A stretch of 64,000 bases of DNA from an uncultured Bdellovibrionales bacterium (GTDB taxonomy: Bacteria; Patescibacteriota; Minisyncoccia; Moranbacterales; UBA1568). The notes beneath the pieces were generated by a model. The model was not told the origin of the DNA. It saw nothing but the letters and a program-made list of their open reading frames with translations, and did no database searches. The position numbers were made by a program, and so were the translations under genes. Shown here in pieces: positions 19,931 to 27,584 of the stretch (positions are counted from its first letter, which is position 1; every line of letters starts with the position of its first letter). Location: assembly GCA_964543815.1 (NCBI GenBank), contig CAZIZG010000006.1, positions 3,656-67,655 on the forward strand. The letters are read 5' to 3'.

Positions 19931-20881
19931 CTAGAGAGCAGCTCTTTTTTCCAGTGAGTCGATAAAGTTTTTACAAAACATTCTTCGATTTTCTCCTGTT
20001 ATTGCTCCCTTAAATCCAATTTGATCGTTAATTTCAAAGATATACGGAGTTCCATCCGAATCTATGCCAAAATCTATGGAGTAAAATGGGGATGAGTACA
20101 TTGAATCGATAAGGGGGTGAACTTGACTGACGATGTTTTGGAGTGCCAATGGGGCGGCTGTATAGGGAAATTCAATGCTTAATCCGCCCTGACTAACATT
20201 CGCCCGGAGCTCACCTGGCTTTGGGGATCTTGCCTGGAGGAGAATGGGCGCGCCATTAATAATAATGACGCGAAGATCGTGATGGCTAGGAATGATGTTA
20301 GGCACTCCGCCGCTCGTGTCGATAAATTTTTGAAGAATAAATTTTTTCCCTGGAATCACGAGGTCTGGCAGTAAATTTTTGGCTTCAGTAATGATAACAC
20401 CCTTTCCGCCAAAGCTATCCACGGGTTTGAAAACGACCATTTCTTTTGGCTGAAATAACGAGAGCGATGTGGTGAAGTCTTGTCGTGAAGCGATAGGAAA
20501 TGTTTTGGGCATGTAACGCTTGAGAAGCGCATAGGTCTGATATTTGTTGTTGGCCAACTTTTTAAAAGCAGAAGAATTAAGGGTTTTGGCATCAATATCA
20601 GGGGTTGGAAAGTCTTTCCGAGGACTTCGATCAAAAATGGCATTAAAAATAATTTTTTCCCGGTGAAGCACAAATTCTTCGCCTGTAAAGAAGAGGACGT
20701 TTTCAAATTCCATCCCGCCATGATGTAGGGTGGGCTTCACGCCTAAATACATATCGAGCCCTCTTGATCTTCCCTCGCGAAAGAGGGACCAGTAGATTTC
20801 CCGGCGATCCGGTAGATGGGCGTATGGGTCGGCAGCTACTTCTTTTTTGGTGAAATAGATGAGGATTTTCTTACGTGGCAT
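19931..20881 (-). CDS. ATP-grasp family amidoligase (paralog 3)
   Basis: 316 aa. Central ATP-grasp fold signatures (VVFKPVDSFGGKGV, IFEINDQIGF). 46-nt overlap with the upstream paralog. Confidence 0.6.
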   Translation of the reverse strand: MPRKKILIYFTKKEVAADPYAHLPDRREIYWSLFREGRSRGLDMYLGVKPTLHHGGMEFENVLFFTGEEFVLHREKIIFNAIFDRSPRKDFPTPDIDAKTLNSSAFKKLANNKYQTYALLKRYMPKTFPIASRQDFTTSLSLFQPKEMVVFKPVDSFGGKGVIITEAKNLLPDLVIPGKKFILQKFIDTSGGVPNIIPSHHDLRVIIINGAPILLQARSPKPGELRANVSQGGLSIEFPYTAAPLALQNIVSQVHPLIDSMYSSPFYSIDFGIDSDGTPYIFEINDQIGFKGAITGENRRMFCKNFIDSLEKRAAL

Positions 20882-21774
20882 AGGTAATTGAAGAGAGAGA
20901 CTATTTCAGTGGATTGTGGGTTCTCTGGAGTAAATCCTGGAGAGCGGTTGACCTCGAAGAGATACATTTTTTTGTTTTTTGAAGAAACAACGATGTCGAC
21001 TCCCGCGACTTCAATATGTAAAACTTTGGCCGCTTTAAGCGCGAGTGTTTTGAGCGGCAAGGCAATTTTTTTGGGATCAGAATATACTTCTGTTCCGCCG
21101 AGACTGGCGTTATTTCTAAAATCTTCAGTGTTCTGCCGGGTTCGCTCCTCGAGAGCGCCAACGACGGTGCCGGTGATAAAGATACGAAAATCAGATTGAT
21201 TGGGAATAAATTCTTGCAAGATGAGCTTTTCGCGATCACCGTGATCGAGAATGGCATAGAGCTCCTCACGAGTTCGTACTAGAAAGACTCCCTTACCCTG
21301 ACGGGAGAGTATTTTTTTGGCCACGATGGGGAGGCTGAGAAACTCTTCAGCCCGGATAAGTTTTTCTTTGTTGTATGATGGAGAAAAATATGTTTTTGGA
21401 ACAGGGAGTCCACTTTCGGCAAGAACGAACATTTGTGAGAGCTTTCCATTGATTGATCCAAAGGCGTGATGGGTATCTACGAAAGGAATGTTTCTTTTCT
21501 GAAGGTAGCGAGCGATAAGGGTAGCGATGGGTTGATACTTTCCCGCTCGTTTGATGTAGACGCTGTCAAAGTCTGTCAATGACTTTTTTTCACAAAAGAT
21601 GCGAGTATGGTCTTTATCAATAAAAAATTCCATGGACTGAAAATTTCCCAGTTCATAAGAGAACGAATGTTCCCCCATCATTTCAAGAAGGGGATTGATA
21701 CTTTTGAGATCAGCGACCATCTTTTTTGTTGGACGATCTGTAAGAATCAGCATGGAATTATTTATTGACATCAA
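20836..21774 (-). CDS. RimK-like ATP-grasp ligase (paralog 2)
   Basis: 312 aa. RimK-type motifs (PIVAKKILSRQGKGVFLV, LFEVNRSPGF). 17-nt overlap with the upstream gene. Confidence 0.7.
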   Translation of the reverse strand: MMSINNSMLILTDRPTKKMVADLKSINPLLEMMGEHSFSYELGNFQSMEFFIDKDHTRIFCEKKSLTDFDSVYIKRAGKYQPIATLIARYLQKRNIPFVDTHHAFGSINGKLSQMFVLAESGLPVPKTYFSPSYNKEKLIRAEEFLSLPIVAKKILSRQGKGVFLVRTREELYAILDHGDREKLILQEFIPNQSDFRIFITGTVVGALEERTRQNTEDFRNNASLGGTEVYSDPKKIALPLKTLALKAAKVLHIEVAGVDIVVSSKNKKMYLFEVNRSPGFTPENPQSTEIVSLFNYLCHVRKSSSISPKKK

Positions 21775-23152
21775 TAAGAAACTTGCTTAAGTTTTTTCGG
21801 CCAATAATGACTGGATATTTTAGATGGGAACGGTCAATAACCGATACCTTGGCAGGAAACGAAAGAGTATCAAGTGTTAAATCCACACGGAGAATTGGTC
21901 GATAGCTGGTGCCATGAGATGATTTTACCGGAACGGCATCAGTGAGGTTTGGTATCTCGAGGAGTAGTGCCTCTCGTTCCATTTTCGTCATTTCATTGAG
22001 GACATCTCGCCCAGCAATTTTATCCTCAAACATCTGAAGAATGGAGCCAAAACCGAGCTCTTGAGCAAGTTTGGTATCGATAGCTGTAGAGTCTGCCCCA
22101 GTATCGATTTTTGCTTCGACTTCAATTTCTTTGCCATTGATACCAATAATCTTTACTTTTTCGATGCTGCCGATGACGCGCTTTCCGGAGAGCTCCTCAA
22201 TTTCTTCTTCGATTTCGCCACCAAAGAGATTGCGACCGACGCGGATACCGCGCTCAGTTGTTTTGATTTTCAAACCGGAAACGCGTTTGAGTCGTCCTTT
22301 GAGGCCGGCCAGATTAGCGAGCTGGATAGAAAGTCCGGGACGGGCATTGAGTTCGAGAATGACCGGACCACGATCTCGATCAATGGCAATGTCGGCGCCG
22401 AGAAAACCAAGGCCAGAAAGCCGCTGGGCCTCTACGGACATGCGGAGGATTTCTTTCCAATACGGAATTTTGATACCGGAGAGGACGAGACGGGTGCTGG
22501 GCACATACTCAATCAACTGGCCTTTACCGATAATGGCTGTTGTTGTGGTGCCGGTAGCGAGGTCGATACCAACGCCGATGGCCCCTTGCTGGAGGTTGGC
22601 CTTACCGTCGGAGGCCTTGGTAGGCAAACGAAGCATGGCCATGACAGGAACGTGATTGAAAACAATAACCCGGATATCAGGGATGCCCTTGAAGCTGTAC
22701 GGCTTGAAGAGCTTCAGAAGCTTGAGTCGTTCTTCAAAAAAGGCAATATCAGGAGTATTAGCCAGGGAGAACGATCCGTCGATGATGTTTCGGATATGCG
22801 ACTTGAGGTCATTGATGGTGATAACGGAACCATCAGCTTTGACCCAAGCATCCGGACGTCCTTTTTTGCGAGCATAGACGACAACGATACCTTCGCCACC
22901 AAAACCACGATTGGGCTTGAGAGCAAAGCTGTCGGGCAAAGTGTTCCAATCGAAATGATCAAGTTCTTCATGGGTCTTGATTTTGGCAATGAGTGCTGAT
23001 ATCCCGAGATTATTTTTTTTCAAGATACGTTTACAGAGGAGCTTGCTATCAGCAATCTCCATGCTCCGCTTGCGGTTATTCGGGCGGATGTACTCCAAAT
23101 TTCTGGCATTCATACCAAGGAGCAACCCACTTTTTTTCAAGAAATCAAACAT
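21758..23152 (-). CDS. ATP-grasp (alpha-L-glutamate-ligase-like / ATPgrasp_ST-style) fused to C-terminal retropepsin-like (DUF785/Zn_protease-like) domain
   Basis: N-terminus LGMNARNLEYIRPNNRK...; ATP-grasp core (FALKPNRGFGGEGIVVV, ILELNARPGL); C-terminal ~130 aa with IDTGADSTAID aspartyl-protease-like motif. Confidence 0.6.
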   Translation of the reverse strand: MFDFLKKSGLLLGMNARNLEYIRPNNRKRSMEIADSKLLCKRILKKNNLGISALIAKIKTHEELDHFDWNTLPDSFALKPNRGFGGEGIVVVYARKKGRPDAWVKADGSVITINDLKSHIRNIIDGSFSLANTPDIAFFEERLKLLKLFKPYSFKGIPDIRVIVFNHVPVMAMLRLPTKASDGKANLQQGAIGVGIDLATGTTTTAIIGKGQLIEYVPSTRLVLSGIKIPYWKEILRMSVEAQRLSGLGFLGADIAIDRDRGPVILELNARPGLSIQLANLAGLKGRLKRVSGLKIKTTERGIRVGRNLFGGEIEEEIEELSGKRVIGSIEKVKIIGINGKEIEVEAKIDTGADSTAIDTKLAQELGFGSILQMFEDKIAGRDVLNEMTKMEREALLLEIPNLTDAVPVKSSHGTSYRPILRVDLTLDTLSFPAKVSVIDRSHLKYPVIIGRKNLSKFLIDVNK

Positions 23153-23187
23153 AGGAGACGCTACTCAATGAAAATAATCGATATCGA

Positions 23188-23847
23188 TTATTGAAGATGG
23201 CGGATAATTTTTCGAAAGCGAAGGAGCTCGGTGAGACGAAGGCCCGTCCACTTACCAAGGGAGAAATTGATAACAAAAGTAAAAAGAATAATCCATGGAT
23301 AGTGGAGCACGAGGGCAATGAGACTGTTCCAACTGACGAGATAGTAACCAACCACAGAAATGACCAGTGTTTCGATAGCTAAGATGAGGGCAATACGACT
23401 TCCCTTTTCAATTTGAGTGGCAATAAATTTTTCCGCGAGCGTAATCATGATGAGGAGCGGAAAAATGGAGACGGAGGCAAGTCCAGTGCGACGATACATG
23501 CCACCGATGAGGAGTACTCCTAAGATGGCAAGCGAGACGATGGAAACCGTCATGGCGACGCGTGGCAAATAGAGGAGGCGAAATTTTTTCATGAGGATGC
23601 GCGAGAGCGTTCCTACCACGATGACACTCACGAAAATGGCGATGCCGTATTTGATACCATTGGGATCAAAAGCAAGGAGAGCAAAGGTGATAATAGAAGG
23701 AGTGTAGATACCAAAGGCCTTGACGCCTACCACTTGCCGAAAAAAAGCAACCATGGTTACCACAATAGGGAGCATGAGAAGGAGGGCGACCGTCGGAAGG
23801 GGTACGCCTTGTTCAACGATGAAGTTTATAAAAGGATGGTACTGCAT
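23188..23847 (-). CDS. 7-TM membrane protein (7TM module of transglutaminase-associated type)
   Basis: 219 aa, seven predicted TM helices. Directly upstream of and co-oriented with the ATP-grasp cassette. Confidence 0.45.
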   Translation of the reverse strand: MQYHPFINFIVEQGVPLPTVALLLMLPIVVTMVAFFRQVVGVKAFGIYTPSIITFALLAFDPNGIKYGIAIFVSVIVVGTLSRILMKKFRLLYLPRVAMTVSIVSLAILGVLLIGGMYRRTGLASVSIFPLLIMITLAEKFIATQIEKGSRIALILAIETLVISVVGYYLVSWNSLIALVLHYPWIILFTFVINFSLGKWTGLRLTELLRFRKIIRHLQ

Positions 23848-23888
23848 ACGTGAGCATATTAACTGCTTAGTTTCACGAGATTGTGGGC

Positions 23889-24380
23889 CTAAGAATTCTT
23901 GATGTGTTCCATACGTCGACGACTCTGGTGGCAGAGAGCGAGGGCGAGAGCATCAGCGGTATCGTCTGGTTGCGGGATGGCGGGAAGTTTGAGAAGAGTC
24001 TGTACCATTAATTGTACCTGGGTTTTGTCTGCTCTCCCATAATTTGTCAACGCCTGCTTCACTTCAAGTGGCGTGTAACCGAAAATACTAACACAGAAAT
24101 TCTCTAAAGTCAAGAGAATAACTCCGCGTGCCTGAGCGACGGAAATGATGGTTTTTTGGTTCTTAAAAAAGAACAATTCTTCGACTGCGGCCTCGGTTGG
24201 CTCATACTGCTCGATGATTATTTTGAGATCACGAGCAATTTCTGACAGGCGTTTTTCGGGCGCCAGATCTTTATCGGTACTGATGTGTCCATAGGCAAGA
24301 GCGGTGGCTTTACCACCCTGTATTTCGATGATTCCCCAGCCTACTGTCGCGGTGCCAGGATCTATTCCGAGAATCTTCAT
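23889..24380 (-). CDS. ruvC: Holliday junction resolvase RuvC
   Basis: MKILGIDPGTATVGWGII N-terminus, 163 aa. Confidence 0.9.
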   Translation of the reverse strand: MKILGIDPGTATVGWGIIEIQGGKATALAYGHISTDKDLAPEKRLSEIARDLKIIIEQYEPTEAAVEELFFFKNQKTIISVAQARGVILLTLENFCVSIFGYTPLEVKQALTNYGRADKTQVQLMVQTLLKLPAIPQPDDTADALALALCHQSRRRMEHIKNS

Positions 24381-24499
24381 AATCTAAACGTTACATGACT
24401 CCATGATACATGGAATGTTTTTTTGAGGCCACAGTAATTATTGACTCAAAAAAAGCGTCGTGGGGAATCCTACGGCGCTCTTCTTTTTATTCGGTTTCG

Positions 24500-25219
24500 C
24501 TATTCCCGGTTGTCCCAGACACGCTGGACATCGGGGTGGTCGTCTAAGGTTTCGAGCAGTTTTTCGAGAGCGGGAAGATCTGATTCGGCAGGGGCGGTCG
24601 TTTGCGAAGGGACATAACCGAGCTCGGCGTTTTCACAAATGAGGTTTTTGCTCCGAAAGTACTCTTCGACTGATTGGAGCTTATCGATAGCAGTAATAAC
24701 AACGAAAACTTCATCGGTCACGAAGAAATCATCAGCCCCAGATTCTAGGGTTTCATTTTCGAGTATTTCAGCCGAATACTTTTCAAGGGTGAAAGTAACG
24801 AGCCCAACCCGACGAAACATAAATGATACTGCTCCCGTTGGGACAAACTTTCCATTGCCTTTGGTGAGGATGCTTTTTACTTCGCTTACTGTGCGGTTTT
24901 TGTTGTCAGTTGCGGTTTCGATAATAAGGGCGACCTGACCAGGACCGTAGGCCTCGTAGGTGAGTTCCTCGATTTGGGCACCGTCTTTTAATTCGCCAGT
25001 GCCACGTTTGATGGCACGGTCAATATTGTCCTTAGGCATGTTGACGGTTTTGGCTGCATCGATAGCCATCTTCAGGGCGTAATTGGTATCAGGATTGCCA
25101 CCGCCAGCCGCGGCTGCCACGATAATATTGCGTCCGTACTTGGTAAAGACGGCAGCGCGTTTGGCATCATTGACTCCTTTAGCTCGGTGAGTAGTCGCCC
25201 AGTGAGAATGTCCAGACAT
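24500..25219 (-). CDS. YebC/PmpR family DNA-binding transcriptional regulator
   Basis: 239 aa. MSGHSHWATTHRAKGVNDAKRA matches the YebC N-terminus. Confidence 0.85.
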   Translation of the reverse strand: MSGHSHWATTHRAKGVNDAKRAAVFTKYGRNIIVAAAAGGGNPDTNYALKMAIDAAKTVNMPKDNIDRAIKRGTGELKDGAQIEELTYEAYGPGQVALIIETATDNKNRTVSEVKSILTKGNGKFVPTGAVSFMFRRVGLVTFTLEKYSAEILENETLESGADDFFVTDEVFVVITAIDKLQSVEEYFRSKNLICENAELGYVPSQTTAPAESDLPALEKLLETLDDHPDVQRVWDNRE

Positions 25220-25355
25220 ACGGTTATAGAAATTTCTAATGAGTAATTTTGCTTTTCAAGCAAATGTAGACGTCGCCATGACTGAATGTTTGAAAATCGA
25301 GAATTTTAAAATCGGCCTTATTCTAGCCGATTTCAGAAGAAAAGAAAAGTCCAAG

Positions 25356-25934
25356 CTATTGTTTGCTATAAGCGCTTATGGCGGCACGCATATCTTCACG
25401 ACTAGCCTGACGCGAGAGGGTCATGACACGATCTTTGACCGCGAAAGGGTCGGCTACCTGGCGAAAAACAAAGCGTTCTTCCTCGGCGGCTGTTTGGACG
25501 GAGACGTTGCCAAAATTCATCATCGTGGGAACGATTCCATCAACAGAGGCGGTCACGTCCTGAACACGGGAGAATTGGAGTTCGCTGATGGATCGATTAA
25601 AGAGACCCCTTTGTTCGATATTAACAATACGTTCGTTAGTAATAATCCAGACATCAAAATAATAATCAATCCAAACGAGAAACCCGTACAGCCAGAGTGA
25701 AAGGATGAGGGTGTTCTGAACGAAGAGAAAGAAGGGGAGGTTACTGGCACTGGCCACCTCTGGAAAAATAAGCGAAAGAGACGAGATGCTTCCCAACATG
25801 AGAAATGAGAGTACGAGTACGATGCCAAGATGAACGCAGATATTGAACCAGTGGCGATGAATAACCTGGAGAACTTGTTCATTCTCATGTTGTCCTTGGA
25901 AGTGGAAACGACCAAAAGAAAGTGATTCCGGCAT
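25356..25934 (-). CDS. Membrane protein with bacterial PH-like (bPH_2/YdbT-like) domain
   Basis: Two N-terminal TM helices followed by a soluble beta-rich domain. Terminator hairpin at 25290-25320 on the minus strand. Confidence 0.4.
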   Translation of the reverse strand: MPESLSFGRFHFQGQHENEQVLQVIHRHWFNICVHLGIVLVLSFLMLGSISSLSLIFPEVASASNLPFFLFVQNTLILSLWLYGFLVWIDYYFDVWIITNERIVNIEQRGLFNRSISELQFSRVQDVTASVDGIVPTMMNFGNVSVQTAAEEERFVFRQVADPFAVKDRVMTLSRQASREDMRAAISAYSKQ

Positions 25935-25942
25935 AGTGATAA

Positions 25943-26164
25943 TCAGAGAGAAAAGAGAGGGAATAAATTTTCAAGCGGCAGAGAAAAAAAGAGAAGGGCA
26001 TTAGAAACAAGAAGAATAACAAATACGGTCACGAAAAGAGCTGTTCCGAGGATGGATACTTTACGATTGAGTGAGTAACGGAGGAGGTGAAAAACAACAA
26101 AGAGAGCGGTGGCAACATAACTGAAAAAAAGTACTGTATAAAGAAGACCGAGAATGAGACGCAT
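25943..26164 (-). CDS. Small hydrophobic hypothetical protein
   Basis: 73 aa, two TM helices, in the operon gap between the PH-domain gene and ruvB. Confidence 0.3.
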   Translation of the reverse strand: MRLILGLLYTVLFFSYVATALFVVFHLLRYSLNRKVSILGTALFVTVFVILLVSNALLFFSLPLENLFPLFSL

Positions 26165-26212
26165 AGTATTTATTTTGGTTGGCTCTGGTATTTTACCATC
26201 GCCCCGTACTCT

Positions 26213-27244
26213 CTACAACAATTTGTCTTGGTGATTGCGAGGCATCTTTATTCCGAGATGGGCGAAGCCAGCTTCGGTAACAACTCGGCCACGGGGAGTG
26301 CGGGCGAGAAAGCCAAGTTGAATGAGATAGGGTTCGTAGACGTCTTCAATGGTCTGCATCTCTTCGCCGGTAACAGCGGCGAGAGCCTGGATGCCAGCGG
26401 GACCACCTTTGAACTTGGTGATGAGGGTATGGAGAATATGGCGATCGGTTGGCTCAAGACCGAGATGATCAATCTCGTAGAGGTCGAGGGCCTCGCGGGC
26501 AAGTTTCCCCGATATAGTCTCTTTATTTTGGACTTCGGCGTAATCACGAACGCGTTTGAGTATTCTATTCGCTACGCGCGGAGTTTGGCGGCTGCTCCGA
26601 GCTATTTCGCCAGCGCCGGATTCATCGAGGCCCATGCCGAGGATGCCTGATGAGCGTTTTACAATTTTTTCGATATCCTCTGGTGTATAAAATTCCAGAC
26701 GGTGAGTAGAGCCGAAACGGTTACGAAGGGGATTAGAGAGAGAGCCCAAGCGAGTGGTGGCTCCGATAAGAGTAAAACGAGGAAGGTCGAGTTGAATAGT
26801 GCGAGCGGCCGGACCTTTACCGATAATGATATCGAGTTTGTAGTCTTCCATGGCTGGATACAGGACCTCCTCAATCATTTTGTTGAGGCGATGAATTTCG
26901 TCAATAAAGAGCACGTCACCATCTTCAAGATTGGTGAGGATGGATCCGAGATCGCCTACTTTTTCAATAGCTGGTCCGGAAGTAATTTTAATACCCACCC
27001 CCATTTCTTTGGCGATGATATGAGCGAGCGTGGTCTTGCCCAAGCCTGCGGGCCCATACAAGAGGACATGATCGATGGTCTCTGTTCTTTTTTTGGCTGC
27101 TTGGATAAAAATGTCGAGATGGCGTTTAATTTTTTCTTGACCAATGTATTCGTCAAAGTTTTGAGGTCGGAGCGTATTATCGAGATTCTGCTCCTCAGCC
27201 ATTTTTTCGGGTTCTTTCGCTTGGGATGTGCCAGAGTGAATCAT
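26213..27244 (-). CDS. ruvB: Holliday junction branch migration ATPase RuvB
   Basis: [18 protein letters not shown] Walker A, AAA+ plus winged helix. 343 aa. Confidence 0.95.
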   Translation of the reverse strand: MIHSGTSQAKEPEKMAEEQNLDNTLRPQNFDEYIGQEKIKRHLDIFIQAAKKRTETIDHVLLYGPAGLGKTTLAHIIAKEMGVGIKITSGPAIEKVGDLGSILTNLEDGDVLFIDEIHRLNKMIEEVLYPAMEDYKLDIIIGKGPAARTIQLDLPRFTLIGATTRLGSLSNPLRNRFGSTHRLEFYTPEDIEKIVKRSSGILGMGLDESGAGEIARSSRQTPRVANRILKRVRDYAEVQNKETISGKLAREALDLYEIDHLGLEPTDRHILHTLITKFKGGPAGIQALAAVTGEEMQTIEDVYEPYLIQLGFLARTPRGRVVTEAGFAHLGIKMPRNHQDKLL

Positions 27245-27306
27245 AGTTAAAAATAGCTTAAATAAGGGAAAAAATCATGTTTATAGTGCATTCAGTATAG
27301 CACTTC

Positions 27307-27335
27307 TTGACAAAAAATCAAAGACATGCTACTAT
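27307..27335 (+). promoter_or_regulatory. Near-consensus sigma70 promoter (TTGACA, 17 nt spacer, TACTAT) driving the candidate ncRNA
   Basis: TTGACA at 27307-27312, 17-nt spacer, TACTAT at 27330-27335. Confidence 0.6.
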
Positions 27336-27341
27336 CAGGGG

Positions 27342-27577
27342 TCGCTTTACAAACAAGGAAGCCTATATTTGATAGGACTGCTTCACATGTAGACAATTGG
27401 GGATTTCTATCTTTTATCCTCAATCACGGGAACTGTTGCCAAGATCCGGGTAGGGTGGTTTCGGCTGCGCTATACCTCGACGCTTTTCCTTTCCTCTCGC
27501 TCCTATGCCTGAGGATTTGTCTACAGCTGAAGCAGGTGACTGAAAGACCCTGATTTTGTCAGGGTCTTTCATTTTTT
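27342..27577 (+). ncRNA. Candidate structured small RNA (~235 nt) of unassigned family, ending in an intrinsic terminator
   Basis: Promoter upstream. Long-range helix 27379-27396 / 27517-27534 (16/18 bp). Local GC enrichment. Terminator hairpin gaaagaccctga-ttttg-tcagggtctttc plus U-run at 27542-27577. No plausible CDS (the 75-aa ORF lacks an RBS and is low-complexity). Confidence 0.45.
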
Positions 27578-27584
27578 ATAAAAA

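Noticed and set aside
22061-22999. Long plus-strand ORFs (312 and 194 aa) antisense to the ATP-grasp/retropepsin gene
   Set aside because: They lie entirely inside a well-supported minus-strand CDS. Their composition is Ala/Gly/Arg/Ser-rich and typical of antisense frames of a GC-richer gene. They have no RBS or motifs.
25239-25700. 153-aa plus-strand ORF overlapping the PH-domain membrane protein gene on the opposite strand
   Set aside because: It is antisense to a coherent membrane/PH-domain CDS. Its 5' part covers the yebC promoter and terminator region.
27326-27553. 75-aa ORF inside the candidate ncRNA
   Set aside because: No RBS, a low-complexity product, and it is bounded by a promoter and terminator with a long-range helix. 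An RNA function is more plausible.
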